From a virus: 39,292 bases of DNA. Location: IMG/VR virus record IMGVR_UViG_3300045988_171586; one strand, given 5' to 3'. Below are positions 17,539 through 26,719 of this stretch, piece by piece. Position 1 is the first letter of the stretch. Each line of letters opens with the position of its first letter. A program made the position numbers and the translations under genes. The notes under the pieces were generated by a model. The model saw nothing but the letters and a program-made list of their open reading frames with translations. It had not been told where the DNA came from and searched no databases.

Positions 17539-18068
17539 TTATTACATATCTCCTTTAGCTTTTTTCTAAATAATCTTTCAGTATTTTTTTCTATTGCTTG
17601 TTCTTGATCATGAAGTGCAGGATACATAAAAGGTCTAGCCATTTGTCCTCTTGTACCATAACCAATGACATCTCCGTTTTTATAGATGATTTTAAAACCA
17701 TATCCTTCAGCTTTATCAACTGGCATTGCATCTGCAGGTATCATCCAACCTGTTTGCCTATATTTAGGACTTACTTTAGGTGATATTCCTTGATGATTAG
17801 CTTCTCCATTAGGGCCAGTACCAAATTCATAATAAGGTGCATACTTTGAATTAGTGTATACAGTAGAAGAAACCATATCTTCTTTTACTTCGTTTTTAAC
17901 TCTAACTGAACGAGCTAAAGCACCCGTATCACTTGAAATCAAAAGCTTTGCTTGACTTTGGACAATTACCCCTGCTTGTTTAACTGCTCTCATAGTTACT
18001 TCTTGTCCTGCACCTGAATCTAGTTCAGATAATTTTTTTATGAGGTTATTAAAATCTTTATTTGTCAT
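17535..18068 (-). CDS. HK97 gp10-family head-tail joining protein, 177 aa.
   Basis: The N-terminus MTNKDFNNLIKKLSELDSGAGQEVTMRAVKQAGVIVQSQAKLL resembles the gp10 family, and the position is canonical. Confidence 0.6.
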   Translation of the reverse strand: MTNKDFNNLIKKLSELDSGAGQEVTMRAVKQAGVIVQSQAKLLISSDTGALARSVRVKNEVKEDMVSSTVYTNSKYAPYYEFGTGPNGEANHQGISPKVSPKYRQTGWMIPADAMPVDKAEGYGFKIIYKNGDVIGYGTRGQMARPFMYPALHDQEQAIEKNTERLFRKKLKEICNK

Positions 18069-18370
18069 ATTTTCTCAATTCCTATAGCTTTAAAACGCTT
18101 AAATTTTTGAATGCTGATGACTTTATAGCTGATACCCTCATAATTAATCATGTCATGCTCTTTAATTGCTAGAGAGCCATAATAATGCATATTCAAGATA
18201 CCATTTACACGCATACCATATAGTTCAACCTGAAGTTTTGAAGATGCTGGCCATATAAGAGCTACATCTTCATTTGCTTCATCACTATAGGCTTCAATAA
18301 TATTGCCTTCATCATCTTTTACAGCACTGTAAGTTTTAATATGAAACTTCTTGAGACTTCTTTTTTTCAT
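18065..18370 (-). CDS. Head closure / head-tail adaptor protein (SPP1 gp16-like), 101 aa.
   Basis: Called from position and from size and composition typical of Phage_H_T_join proteins. Confidence 0.55.
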   Translation of the reverse strand: MKKRSLKKFHIKTYSAVKDDEGNIIEAYSDEANEDVALIWPASSKLQVELYGMRVNGILNMHYYGSLAIKEHDMINYEGISYKVISIQKFKRFKAIGIEKI

Positions 18371-18668
18371 TTTTCAATCTCCTTGCCATAGCTGATAAGC
18401 GATAATTGGAAATACCTGAAAGAATTTCATCTTCACTTTGATAATTTTCACTCTCTCCACCCTCGCTGTAAGATGCAAGTCCCTCATTGCCTTGACGATT
18501 GTAAAGTGTAATGGCCAATTTCAAAACATAATCATTGAGATCATCGATCAACTCACTTCGATTGGTTTTTGATAATACAGTATTTTGAGATTTTAAAAGA
18601 AAAGAAGAAACCAATTCCTCATCAGTCTCTCCTGTTAGCTTTTTAAACTGCTCTTTTAATTTATCCAT
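18336..18668 (-). CDS. Head-tail connector (gp6/gp15-like, Phage_connect_1), 110 aa.
   Basis: It follows the capsid gene and has a helical N-terminal region typical of connector proteins. Confidence 0.55.
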   Translation of the reverse strand: MDKLKEQFKKLTGETDEELVSSFLLKSQNTVLSKTNRSELIDDLNDYVLKLAITLYNRQGNEGLASYSEGGESENYQSEDEILSGISNYRLSAMARRLKNEKKKSQEVSY

Positions 18669-18909
18669 TTTTCTTTTCTTTGATTACTGCAATCAATTCA
18701 TCTCTTGTAAGTGAGTCTGTGTTTTCAATTCCTAATTCTGTTGCTAATGCTTTTAATTCATCAACTTTCATTTTAGATAACGGTTTATTTTCAGGAGCGT
18801 TATCATTTGCCTTTGAAGATGAAATTTCTTTATAGCCTAAGGCTTTATATTTTGCTAGCTTTTCATCTTCAATAGTTCTTTCAACATTGCCATTGATAAT
18901 AATTTTCAT
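18661..18909 (-). CDS. Small protein with a Rho-N/HeH-like motif, 82 aa.
   Basis: The C-terminus MKVDELKALATELGIENTDSLTRDELIAVI resembles SAP/HeH (Rho N-terminal-like) motifs. Confidence 0.45.
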   Translation of the reverse strand: MKIIINGNVERTIEDEKLAKYKALGYKEISSSKANDNAPENKPLSKMKVDELKALATELGIENTDSLTRDELIAVIKEKKNG

Positions 18910-18924
18910 CGAAAAGACCTCCTA

Positions 18925-19851
18925 TTATGCAGCATCTTTAATATTTAAATAAATTAATGGTAATGTATTGTCTTTTGTCCAAACATCATGGAAACGTCTA
19001 TAATCCATTGCCCATGCATCAGCTTTTTGGTTTGTATTAGGATCAAAAATACGCATTTTGTCTTGTTTAGAAACTGCAATTGCACCTGGTTTAGGAATAA
19101 TCATAAAGTTGATATCTTTTGCAGTTGCACCTTTTGCATATCCACCTACTTCTTGACCAGCTGTTTTTCCATCATTCATTTTAATAGAAGTATACATACG
19201 ATTTTGAGGTGTTTCAATAATTGCACATTTATCAATTGCTGGAACTGTTAAATCAATTCCACCGATTGAAATTGTTGCTGTTTGCATTTTTGTTGATAAG
19301 AACATTTCTAGTTCTAACATAACATCTCCAGTTGCATGAATGATTAAATCGCCATTATATCCTGCATCTCTGATTTTTTTAATACCAGTTTTCATTTTTC
19401 TTAAAATAGTTGATTCTGCAGGAGTATATCCATATTCAATCATTCCTGTTTTGCTTGCAGCGATAACATCTGTTGCAATTTTTGATAAACGATATGCATC
19501 GATTTCAGGAACGACATGAACTCTTTGGAATTCTCCCATAACAGTTGAAGCAGTTGCGACAAAATTAGTTTCATCAACATCTACTGCATCTAATGAAAAC
19601 TTACGTCCACGATCTTGTGTCATTTTTCTTGTTTCATATTCTAATGTTACAGAGCCTTGTGTATATCCATTATCTCTGTCATAATCTCCTAATCCTTGTA
19701 AAGACATTTTAGGAATTTTAATTTCAGCACCACCATTATAGATTACATCTCCTGCATTTGCTTCCATCCATCCCGTTAATGCTTCATGCATAGCTACTTT
19801 ATCTAATGTTTCTTGAAATAACGTAGCTGTTGCTAATGTATTAATTGCCAT
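18925..19851 (-). CDS. Major capsid protein, 308 aa.
   Basis: It follows the scaffold gene, and its size and composition fit SPP1-like capsid proteins. Confidence 0.8.
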   Translation of the reverse strand: MAINTLATATLFQETLDKVAMHEALTGWMEANAGDVIYNGGAEIKIPKMSLQGLGDYDRDNGYTQGSVTLEYETRKMTQDRGRKFSLDAVDVDETNFVATASTVMGEFQRVHVVPEIDAYRLSKIATDVIAASKTGMIEYGYTPAESTILRKMKTGIKKIRDAGYNGDLIIHATGDVMLELEMFLSTKMQTATISIGGIDLTVPAIDKCAIIETPQNRMYTSIKMNDGKTAGQEVGGYAKGATAKDINFMIIPKPGAIAVSKQDKMRIFDPNTNQKADAWAMDYRRFHDVWTKDNTLPLIYLNIKDAA

Positions 19852-19864
19852 ATTTTATTACCTC

Positions 19865-20446
19865 CTATTTTCCCATCATTTTTTGATAAACTAATTCTTC
19901 ATCAGTTAATTTAACATCTTTAGCTTTTTTCATAGGTTCTCTACCTTTTATTTTTTCTTCAACTGCTTTTTCTACTGCACTTTGAAAAGCTTTTTCTACT
20001 GTTTCAATACTTTTTTTACAAGAATCAGCATCAGTTAAAATAAGGATCTCAGCAAGTTCAGTTGGAATTCCTTTATCGGCTAATTGAACTTTTGCTTGTG
20101 CAGTCAATTCTCTACGGGTAATTGCTGCTTCTCTATCATCCAAATCCTTGATTCTTTTTTCTTCCTGATACTTTTTCTTTTCTTTTTCGCTCATTGTTTC
20201 TAATTTTTGAGCTTCAGTTTTTTCATCTTCTAAATGCTTTTCCCAAGCTTTACGTTCTTTAGCAATTCTTCCTTGAACGATTTTATCTAATTCTTCTTGG
20301 GTAAAAGTTTTTTTTTCTTGGCCACCTTCTCCACTATCTTGATTATCTTGGCCAGTTCCTTGATCATCATCATTTCCTGAACCATCTCCAGAATTATCAT
20401 CAGCAAATAATTGAATATCTAAAGGAAACATAAATTTCTTTTTCAT
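19865..20446 (-). CDS. Scaffolding protein, 193 aa.
   Basis: It has an acidic Gly/Asp-rich N-terminus, a long charged coiled coil, and sits immediately upstream of the capsid gene. Confidence 0.7.
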   Translation of the reverse strand: MKKKFMFPLDIQLFADDNSGDGSGNDDDQGTGQDNQDSGEGGQEKKTFTQEELDKIVQGRIAKERKAWEKHLEDEKTEAQKLETMSEKEKKKYQEEKRIKDLDDREAAITRRELTAQAKVQLADKGIPTELAEILILTDADSCKKSIETVEKAFQSAVEKAVEEKIKGREPMKKAKDVKLTDEELVYQKMMGK

Positions 20447-20510
20447 AAATACCTCCAGTTAAAGTCCGTAAGACTATCCCATCTTTTAATGTCGTAAGTT
20501 TTTGGACAAT

Positions 20511-20535
20511 AAAAAAAGACAATTTCAAACTGTCT
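20511..20535 (-). terminator. Rho-independent terminator on the - strand, upstream of the scaffold gene.
   Basis: On the - strand, the stem AGACA/TGTCT (loop GTTTGAAAT) is followed by T7. Confidence 0.45.
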
Positions 20536-20692
20536 ATTTATTAGGTTTATTTTCTTTTATTTCTTCTACAACTTTCGCATCCAACAACTCTTTTATGCGA
20601 TTAGCATCATTGGCTTCAAATACATCACCAGCATACCTAACGACACCTGTATTTTTATCAATCATATTGCGAATAACTTTAAGTTTTGCCAT
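20534..20692 (-). CDS. Possible small ORF, 52 aa.
   Basis: It begins MAKLKVIRNMIDKNTGVVRYAGDVFEAND and ends ...KPNK. The RBS is weak and the stop codon lies inside the terminator stem. Confidence 0.3.
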   Translation of the reverse strand: MAKLKVIRNMIDKNTGVVRYAGDVFEANDANRIKELLDAKVVEEIKENKPNK

Positions 20693-20894
20693 ATTTCTTC
20701 TTGTTCCTTTCTAATGATTTGGTTTTAGATTTTGGTGGTGGTACATAACAGTCGTATTTTTCATATCTAACATGGCCACAAATCATACACATATATTGAA
20801 TTTTCTTAACCAAACAACTTCTCTTTTTATCAAAGTATTGTTCAGTACGATATTCAAACTCTTGGTGATGATGTAGTTTCAATCCTTGCGCCAT
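20679..20894 (-). CDS. Small Cys-rich (putative zinc-ribbon) protein, 71 aa.
   Basis: Cysteines occur in the pattern C-x8-C-x-C...C (CLVKKIQYMCMICGHVRYEKYDC). The C-terminus is basic. Confidence 0.45.
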   Translation of the reverse strand: MAQGLKLHHHQEFEYRTEQYFDKKRSCLVKKIQYMCMICGHVRYEKYDCYVPPPKSKTKSLERNKKKYGKT

Positions 20895-20910
20895 AAAATG
20901 CCTCCTTTCT

Positions 20911-21126
20911 TTAAAGTTCCTTTTTAAGTTTCTTCAAAAGATTCTTAATTCTAAAATTAGCTACACCATAAAATACTAAACTTAATAAACCGATTAATAT
21001 TTGAATTAATAATGGACTTAATACAATCCACCATGACCAAGTTACAAAGCCTAATATTTTTGCTATAACAAAAATAATTAATAATGCATTTAACATTGGC
21101 ATTCTCCTTTCTTTAAATTTGATCAA
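20911..21126 (-). CDS. Small membrane protein with two predicted transmembrane helices, 71 aa.
   Basis: Hydrophobic stretches are LNALLIIFVIAKILGFVTWSWWIVL and SPLLIQILIGLLSLVFYGV. The C-terminus is basic. Confidence 0.5.
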   Translation of the reverse strand: MIKFKERRMPMLNALLIIFVIAKILGFVTWSWWIVLSPLLIQILIGLLSLVFYGVANFRIKNLLKKLKKEL

Positions 21127-21138
21127 AAGAAAAACCGA

Positions 21139-21507
21139 CTATTTGTCGGCTTCATCTCTAAATGCATCTTCATAATTTAATTTTCCTGAATTTAAAACGA
21201 AATCCCTATCTCGCTTCATTTCCTCTAATTCTTCCTGAGTTTCGACATGCTCACCAACAATAATTTGGTCAACATTCTCATATGTTTGATAAAACATGTA
21301 ATTTACACCATCATTTAGCGTTGGGTACAATTCAGCTTCAATAGTTGCTAATGCCAAAGAAACTTGTAATGCAAACAAAGGGTCACCATCAAAAGAAGGA
21401 CCTAAATCATTTAAATGGAACATACCAACTGATTGATCATTGCTATTAAGATACGTCAATTTCAAATCATGTTTAAGACTAGCATATTCATTTGACATTT
21501 TTATCAC
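21139..21507 (-). CDS. Acidic hypothetical protein, 122 aa, immediately downstream of and overlapping the MuF-like gene. Candidate immunity or partner protein.
   Basis: It overlaps the 3' end of the 606-aa gene by 20 nt and is strongly acidic. Confidence 0.55.
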   Translation of the reverse strand: MIKMSNEYASLKHDLKLTYLNSNDQSVGMFHLNDLGPSFDGDPLFALQVSLALATIEAELYPTLNDGVNYMFYQTYENVDQIIVGEHVETQEELEEMKRDRDFVLNSGKLNYEDAFRDEADK

Positions 21508-23308
21508 CCTTTTCTTTCTTAATGATTTTGTTTTTCATGTTATTTAACGATTCTTTTGTATAATTTCTATATACCCAAGAGTTATTATCTTTTCCTGATA
21601 CAATGTTTATATTAATATTTGCATCTATAACTTCTTGTTTTCCTATAAGTTCATTATACACTGAACTACAACTAAAACACATATCTTTTTGAGATAGAAT
21701 ATAGATTTCTTGTTCTTTTAATTCACCTTTCAATACCTGATCATAAATATATTCAAAAAACTTGTATTCCGTATCATACTCTCTTGTATAATCATTTTCA
21801 TGACCTTTATACGGAACAAGTTTAGTATGCGGATGCAATCTTTTTGTTACTGGTGATGTTATTAATTTGCTTTTATCACCTTTATAATTGTTGAAAACAT
21901 CTTCATTTGTACTTGATATTCTACTAGATGCAATAAAAAAATCATCTCCAATTTTCATTGATGCAACATTTCCTTTGCTAGCTCTCGTTGTCATATATTT
22001 ATCTTTTGCAACGAATGCCTCTTTATCAAGCTCTAAAATAGTTTTTGCATCAACAGTTCCATAGTCAACTTTATAACGATTAACCGTCCTATAATTATAT
22101 TTTAGATCATTCCATTGTTCTACATTTTTGTATTTCAAATCTTGAAATTTAGATAGTGATGAAGGCATATTTTCTTTACCTAAGACATTAATATAACTTT
22201 GATACTGTTTCCTATCATTCGACAAATTCTTTGTCTTTTTCATAAAAGTATCAACAGTATCTACACCATGTGTTTCTTGTTGCCTTTTTAACCACTGATC
22301 ATAGTTCTCTTTAACGTCAACAACTTCATCTCTACCAGTAATAGGATTACGTTGTCTTTTCTTCATGGCATCAGTAACACCCTCAATATATGGAATCATA
22401 TGAGAACGGCAATTAGGATGAAGTGGTGGAACATTAACACCAACTTGTGCTTTTGATATTTCAACAATACTTCTATCATGTTGTTGACATATCTTTGATG
22501 TTCTACTGTCATGAACTGCAATAAACATTTGTTTGTCGATACCAGCATCTTCAAAAGCTAACTGATCAGCAAACGCTGACATTGCTGCACTTTCAGTTTG
22601 AATAAGCCTTCTTGCTTGATAAGCACCTACAGCAAACTTATTCATGATAGTATCAGCCATTTCCTTTTCGGTTTTATTGGTTAATACACCTAGCATCATT
22701 TCATCTTTCAATGAATCAGCTAATTCATTTGTATTGTTCCAAATTCTATCAGAATAGTTTTTGCCACTCCATTTAGATTTTAGTGTCTTATCAATCAAAT
22801 TAGAATCTAAATTATCAAACTGATAAGCTATATTCATTCCTTGTTGTATGTTATAAACATCTTTGTAATAAGCATTAAAAGCACTGTTTATATAGCAATC
22901 AGTGCTCTTATCTTTTTCAATGTTATAAACTTCTTTCATCAGATTATCTAACTGACTTTGCATATTTTCAAGTCGTTTTATTCTATATTGATAAGCTGGA
23001 GCATCAAGTCTTTTTAATAATTCCTCTCTTTGCTGATTAGAGATGTTATTTTTCAACAACCTTTTTAATTCATTATAATCATGATCATTTACCGTTGTTG
23101 AAAGTAATCTTTTCGCTTCTATTTCTGATAATCCATAATTACTTTTGTATTTTTCGAATATTCCTTCTATTTGATTTTGAGTATAAACACATGCCTTGCT
23201 GTATACGCTAGAAATATATTCACTGGATACTTGAGCATCATCTAATATATCAGCAAGTTTTTCTTCTTGACGTTTCTTCCAATATTTCTCATTTTTCATA
23301 TCAGCCAA
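21488..23308 (-). CDS. Head morphogenesis protein (SPP1 gp7 / Mu F-like) with a ~290-aa C-terminal extension of unknown function.
   Basis: The MuF domain reads KFAVGAYQARRLIQTESAAMSAFADQLAFEDAGIDKQMFIAVHDSRTSKICQQHDRSIV...PPLHPNCRSHMIPY. The extension follows, and the gene sits directly downstream of the portal gene. Confidence 0.8.
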   Translation of the reverse strand: MADMKNEKYWKKRQEEKLADILDDAQVSSEYISSVYSKACVYTQNQIEGIFEKYKSNYGLSEIEAKRLLSTTVNDHDYNELKRLLKNNISNQQREELLKRLDAPAYQYRIKRLENMQSQLDNLMKEVYNIEKDKSTDCYINSAFNAYYKDVYNIQQGMNIAYQFDNLDSNLIDKTLKSKWSGKNYSDRIWNNTNELADSLKDEMMLGVLTNKTEKEMADTIMNKFAVGAYQARRLIQTESAAMSAFADQLAFEDAGIDKQMFIAVHDSRTSKICQQHDRSIVEISKAQVGVNVPPLHPNCRSHMIPYIEGVTDAMKKRQRNPITGRDEVVDVKENYDQWLKRQQETHGVDTVDTFMKKTKNLSNDRKQYQSYINVLGKENMPSSLSKFQDLKYKNVEQWNDLKYNYRTVNRYKVDYGTVDAKTILELDKEAFVAKDKYMTTRASKGNVASMKIGDDFFIASSRISSTNEDVFNNYKGDKSKLITSPVTKRLHPHTKLVPYKGHENDYTREYDTEYKFFEYIYDQVLKGELKEQEIYILSQKDMCFSCSSVYNELIGKQEVIDANININIVSGKDNNSWVYRNYTKESLNNMKNKIIKKEKGDKNVK

Positions 23309-23313
23309 ACCAT

Positions 23314-24771
23314 TTAATTAGCTTTGCTAGAATTTTGTTTAAGATCTTTACTATTGGAAGCATCAGCTTTTGTTTCATCATTACTTTCCTCATTTTGATT
23401 AAATGGATTATCATTTTGAGACTTAAACATTTCTTGTTGAAGTTTTACATTTTCTTCATTTTCTTGTTTAACTTTTTCTATCTCACTTGATGCATCTTCA
23501 ACAAAAGGAAGTTGTTCAATCAATGTTTCTGTAGATACCTTACCGCTTAAATTAGCAATCATTTGAGCAAGTTCATTTAAATTTTTAGGTAACTGACGAG
23601 TAAATGTAATCTTAACATTGTTAGGATTGACAGCAATAGCTTTAAGATTTAAGTAATTACAAAATAATTCAATTCTTCTTTTTAGAGCTTTCTTGTAATA
23701 CTTTTCTTTTTCACCTGTAATCATTTGTAAGCCAAGCAATTTGTATTCCATAGCCACTCCTGAACTGTTTCCTACAAAGTTTTCATCAGTAAGATTAGGA
23801 ACATGAGAAAATGTATAGATGTCTTCTTTGATTGCTTTTCTTAATACTTCCATGCCATTTTCATCAAAGGTTCTAGAAATATATTCAGCTCTTGCATCTG
23901 CAGGAAGTTCCAACAACCCGTTTTCTTTTAAAATCTTCATGACTTCGCTTACTTCTTCATTATCATCACCCATTAAAGAACCATAAATAACAAGCAATGC
24001 TTCAACAAACTGTTCCTTATCGTTTACACGATCACTCGTTAATTTATTGTAAGCATCAATCAATGATATTTGCTGTTCAAAATCACCAATACATAATTTA
24101 TTATTGCGATATTCAATAATAGGAACATTTCCAAAATAATGAGGTATAGGTTCATTTATCATTTGATGTTTTTGCCCACTGCATTCAAGGATCATTGTGT
24201 TGACATAATTTTTAGTACAAACAGTAGCACGATAACAATACTTACTTGTTATTGCATCTTTATAACGATAGTAGTAAACACCAAACAAAAGATTTTGCTC
24301 AATCGTATCATCATATACGAGAAATGTGTGGTCAGCTTCTATATTTCTTAAGGCAATTTCAGTAGTATCTTGTTTGATGTAAACATACTCATAAGCAACA
24401 CCACAAACACTCATATCATGCGCATTATCACTATCAACATCATCAACATCTGCTCTATCAAAAGCTTCCGTTAATTTATCTATGTTTTCTTGTCCTTCAT
24501 CATCAAAAGTCGCATATGAAATAGGACTGTTCATGAAATAACCCGTAGCCGTATCGCTGATATCTTTAGCATGATTACACACAATACGGTTGTTTGCTGA
24601 TGTCTTTAGTTTTTTTCTTCTATGCCTTATATCATGATTTCCTTCATAATATCTTTGATTCTTTTTTATTCTTCCAACCAATGTACGGTGTTTAGTAATC
24701 AGCTGTTCTATTTGAATCATATTCAACTGAGTTTCATCATAAGTTGTACTATCTATTGTGAACATGTACAT
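23314..24771 (-). CDS. Portal protein (SPP1 gp6-like), 485 aa.
   Basis: The N-terminus ...RYYEGNHDIRHRRKKLK... is typical of the portal family. The C-terminal tail is acidic, and the gene follows TerL. Confidence 0.9.
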   Translation of the reverse strand: MYMFTIDSTTYDETQLNMIQIEQLITKHRTLVGRIKKNQRYYEGNHDIRHRRKKLKTSANNRIVCNHAKDISDTATGYFMNSPISYATFDDEGQENIDKLTEAFDRADVDDVDSDNAHDMSVCGVAYEYVYIKQDTTEIALRNIEADHTFLVYDDTIEQNLLFGVYYYRYKDAITSKYCYRATVCTKNYVNTMILECSGQKHQMINEPIPHYFGNVPIIEYRNNKLCIGDFEQQISLIDAYNKLTSDRVNDKEQFVEALLVIYGSLMGDDNEEVSEVMKILKENGLLELPADARAEYISRTFDENGMEVLRKAIKEDIYTFSHVPNLTDENFVGNSSGVAMEYKLLGLQMITGEKEKYYKKALKRRIELFCNYLNLKAIAVNPNNVKITFTRQLPKNLNELAQMIANLSGKVSTETLIEQLPFVEDASSEIEKVKQENEENVKLQQEMFKSQNDNPFNQNEESNDETKADASNSKDLKQNSSKAN

Positions 24772-24782
24772 ATGGGTACCTC

Positions 24783-26060
24783 CTAATTTTCATATCTAGC
24801 ACGGTTCTTACCTGCTCTAGCTTTACTTTGGATAATGTCGGCTTCACAACCATATCGTGCAGCATCAATTGTATGGTTATTTCTATCAGGAAACTCACCT
24901 TTAAGATTTCCTTCTTTATCTTTTTCAATTTCATAATCATTAAACTCCCTTGAAGCATTTGGACAACGAATTGGATCTATAATAATTTGTTCTAAATCCT
25001 GTAACCATTTAATACCATTTTCTACACTGTCCGGTCCTTTCTTTGCTCCAGTTACTTTTAATCCTAGTAACTTAAATTCATTGATAGTACGAGGCTCCGC
25101 GCTATCACATGTTACTAATTTATTTAATGGATTTAACCTCTTGATTTTCTTAACCGCTTTAGCATTAGAAAGACGAGTACCATATACTTCTCCAAAAATA
25201 AAAAGACGTCTTCGCGTCTTGTCATAATGCATTTTTAAATAAGCTAATGGATCTCCTGCATATCCAAAGTCCAAACCATTTTTTAATTTATCAAAAGTTT
25301 GTATTTCTTCACTTGTAATTTCTCTAATTGAAAGATTGGTGAACACTTCACCACCTGTACCAGTAACTTCACCTAAATAATCATGATTATACTTTTCAGG
25401 GTTAACTTTTTTCATGTGTTCAGCTTCAATTAGAAATTGTTCTCCAAGCCACTCTTGAGGGGCCTGAAGATAAGTTGTGTGTGAAACTAATGTATCAGGA
25501 CGTTTTATAAGGACTTGTTTATTACACCAATTCCTTTGTGATTCAGGAGGGTTGAATGAATAAAATACACAATATTCAGGACCACCTCGAAGTAAAGATT
25601 GATTGATGTTCGTGATCTTGTCATAGCTTTCAAATTCATCACATTCTTCATACCACACGTACTTGATATATCCTATAAAAACTTTTGTTGATTTAAGCTT
25701 TTTTGGATTATCAGCACCTTTAAAAATGATAACCTGACCAGTAGGTTTATACGTCATTTGAAGCTTAGAATCAGGAATATCCCAATCATCTTCAGCTTTC
25801 AACATGTAAATGGCCCATTTGATTTGCTCATAAACTGAACCTCTCAATGTGTCTTTTACACGTCTAATTACTACCGCATTGCTCATCAGTCCTTTTTGTG
25901 CATCTCTCATGATGCCTAAAGGAATTTCAGTACCAATACATGAAGATTTAAGAGAACCTCGGCCACCTTTTAACCAGTAATGCGTATAATCATTGTTTTT
26001 AATATGTTTATGTACATCATAGAATGCAGGACCAATAATAGATTTTAAACTAACCTTCAT
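24783..26060 (-). CDS. Terminase large subunit (PBSX/XtmB family), 425 aa.
   Basis: Walker A is YWLKGGRGSLKSS. The acidic DE-rich nuclease region is VWYEECDEF. Confidence 0.9.
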   Translation of the reverse strand: MKVSLKSIIGPAFYDVHKHIKNNDYTHYWLKGGRGSLKSSCIGTEIPLGIMRDAQKGLMSNAVVIRRVKDTLRGSVYEQIKWAIYMLKAEDDWDIPDSKLQMTYKPTGQVIIFKGADNPKKLKSTKVFIGYIKYVWYEECDEFESYDKITNINQSLLRGGPEYCVFYSFNPPESQRNWCNKQVLIKRPDTLVSHTTYLQAPQEWLGEQFLIEAEHMKKVNPEKYNHDYLGEVTGTGGEVFTNLSIREITSEEIQTFDKLKNGLDFGYAGDPLAYLKMHYDKTRRRLFIFGEVYGTRLSNAKAVKKIKRLNPLNKLVTCDSAEPRTINEFKLLGLKVTGAKKGPDSVENGIKWLQDLEQIIIDPIRCPNASREFNDYEIEKDKEGNLKGEFPDRNNHTIDAARYGCEADIIQSKARAGKNRARYEN

Positions 26061-26478
26061 CTATATCATCTACAATCACCGTTTTACCATTTGATGTAAT
26101 ATCAACGTTGTCTTTAAACATACCAAAACGTTTTCCTAATAACTCAGCTGCTTTTAATTTTTCCTTTTCATCAGGCTCTTTTTCAACAATTTCCTGACAA
26201 CCATCACCACACATAGAAAGAACACTAGATAAGCTTTTACCTCGCATAACTGACGTTAGATATTCCATGACTTCTTGAATATCAGCAGTGTTCTCATTAT
26301 GTATCTCTTCCAGTCGTTTGTTGATATATTCAGCAATATCTTTCTTTTTCAAAAGCTTATTTGCTCTAACACCTGCAGCGTTATCGGTTTTAATGTTTTT
26401 ATATATTGCTCTATAGGCACGTGTGCCATTTAGATCCTTTAGATATTCATCACAAAACAGTTTTTGTTTTTCAGTCAT
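26050..26478 (-). CDS. Terminase small subunit (Terminase_2-like). The start is corrected to the ATG at 26478 (MTEKQKLFCDEY...).
   Basis: The RBS AAGGAGGTG lies 9 nt upstream of the ATG at 26478. The gene overlaps the TerL start by 11 nt. Confidence 0.8.
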   Translation of the reverse strand: MTEKQKLFCDEYLKDLNGTRAYRAIYKNIKTDNAAGVRANKLLKKKDIAEYINKRLEEIHNENTADIQEVMEYLTSVMRGKSLSSVLSMCGDGCQEIVEKEPDEKEKLKAAELLGKRFGMFKDNVDITSNGKTVIVDDIDEG

Positions 26479-26504
26479 AATAACACACCTCCTTTGTAAA
26501 CTGT

Positions 26505-26578
26505 TGGTTGCAGGACTAGGATTCAAACCTAGAATACAAATTTAAGAGACTTGCGTGATATCATTTCACCATCCTGCC
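26505..26578 (-). tRNA. tRNA-like gene, tRNA-Lys(CUU)-like, 71 nt plus an encoded CCA. Non-canonical: G1:A72 mismatch, U56, and a single G in the D-loop.
   Basis: On the - strand the cloverleaf reads GGCAGGA-TG-GTGA-AATGATA-TCAC-G-CAAGT-CTCTTAA-ATTTG-TATT-CTAGG-TTTGAAT-CCTAG-TCCTGCA-ACCA. It has a 4-bp D stem, 5-bp anticodon stem, 5-bp T stem, U33 and A37 around the CUU anticodon, and A73 before CCA. Confidence 0.4.
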
Positions 26579-26587
26579 TTGTAAAAC

Positions 26588-26617
26588 AAAAAAAACTCTC
26601 GTTTGAGAACTTTTTTT
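26588..26617. terminator. Hairpin with flanking A-run and T-run, a terminator on either strand. It lies just upstream of the tRNA-like element on the - strand.
   Basis: The sequence is AAAAAAAA-c-TCTC-GTTT-GAGA-ac-TTTTTTT, a short 4-5 bp stem. Confidence 0.35.
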
Positions 26618-26719
26618 AAAACATACATCATTGAAGGGAAAGTAACGTCTTTCATCAAAACCTTACGATACCATAATACCACCAAATGAAGGGAGAATCT
26701 TCCACATAGATGCACTTTT

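Noticed and set aside
20502-20714. ORF-track + strand ORF 20502..20714 (70 aa).
   Set aside because: It is antisense to the small - strand ORF and the terminator region. It is hydrophobic low-complexity with no RBS, and the - strand small ORF and terminator interpretation is preferred.
21488-21900. A possible nucleotide-deaminase (H-x-E ... PCxxC) motif in the MuF C-terminal extension (GHEN ... MCFSC).
   Set aside because: His and Glu are adjacent (HE, not H-x-E), and the Cys pair is MCFSC rather than PCxxC. Spacing and context do not match the CDA fold, so this was left as an unknown domain.
26515-26535. A + strand reading of CTAGGATTCAAACCTAG as the T-arm of a + strand tRNA.
   Set aside because: Only the - strand yields a full cloverleaf with the acceptor stem and CCA. 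The + strand reading gives A at position 54 and no acceptor or D arm.
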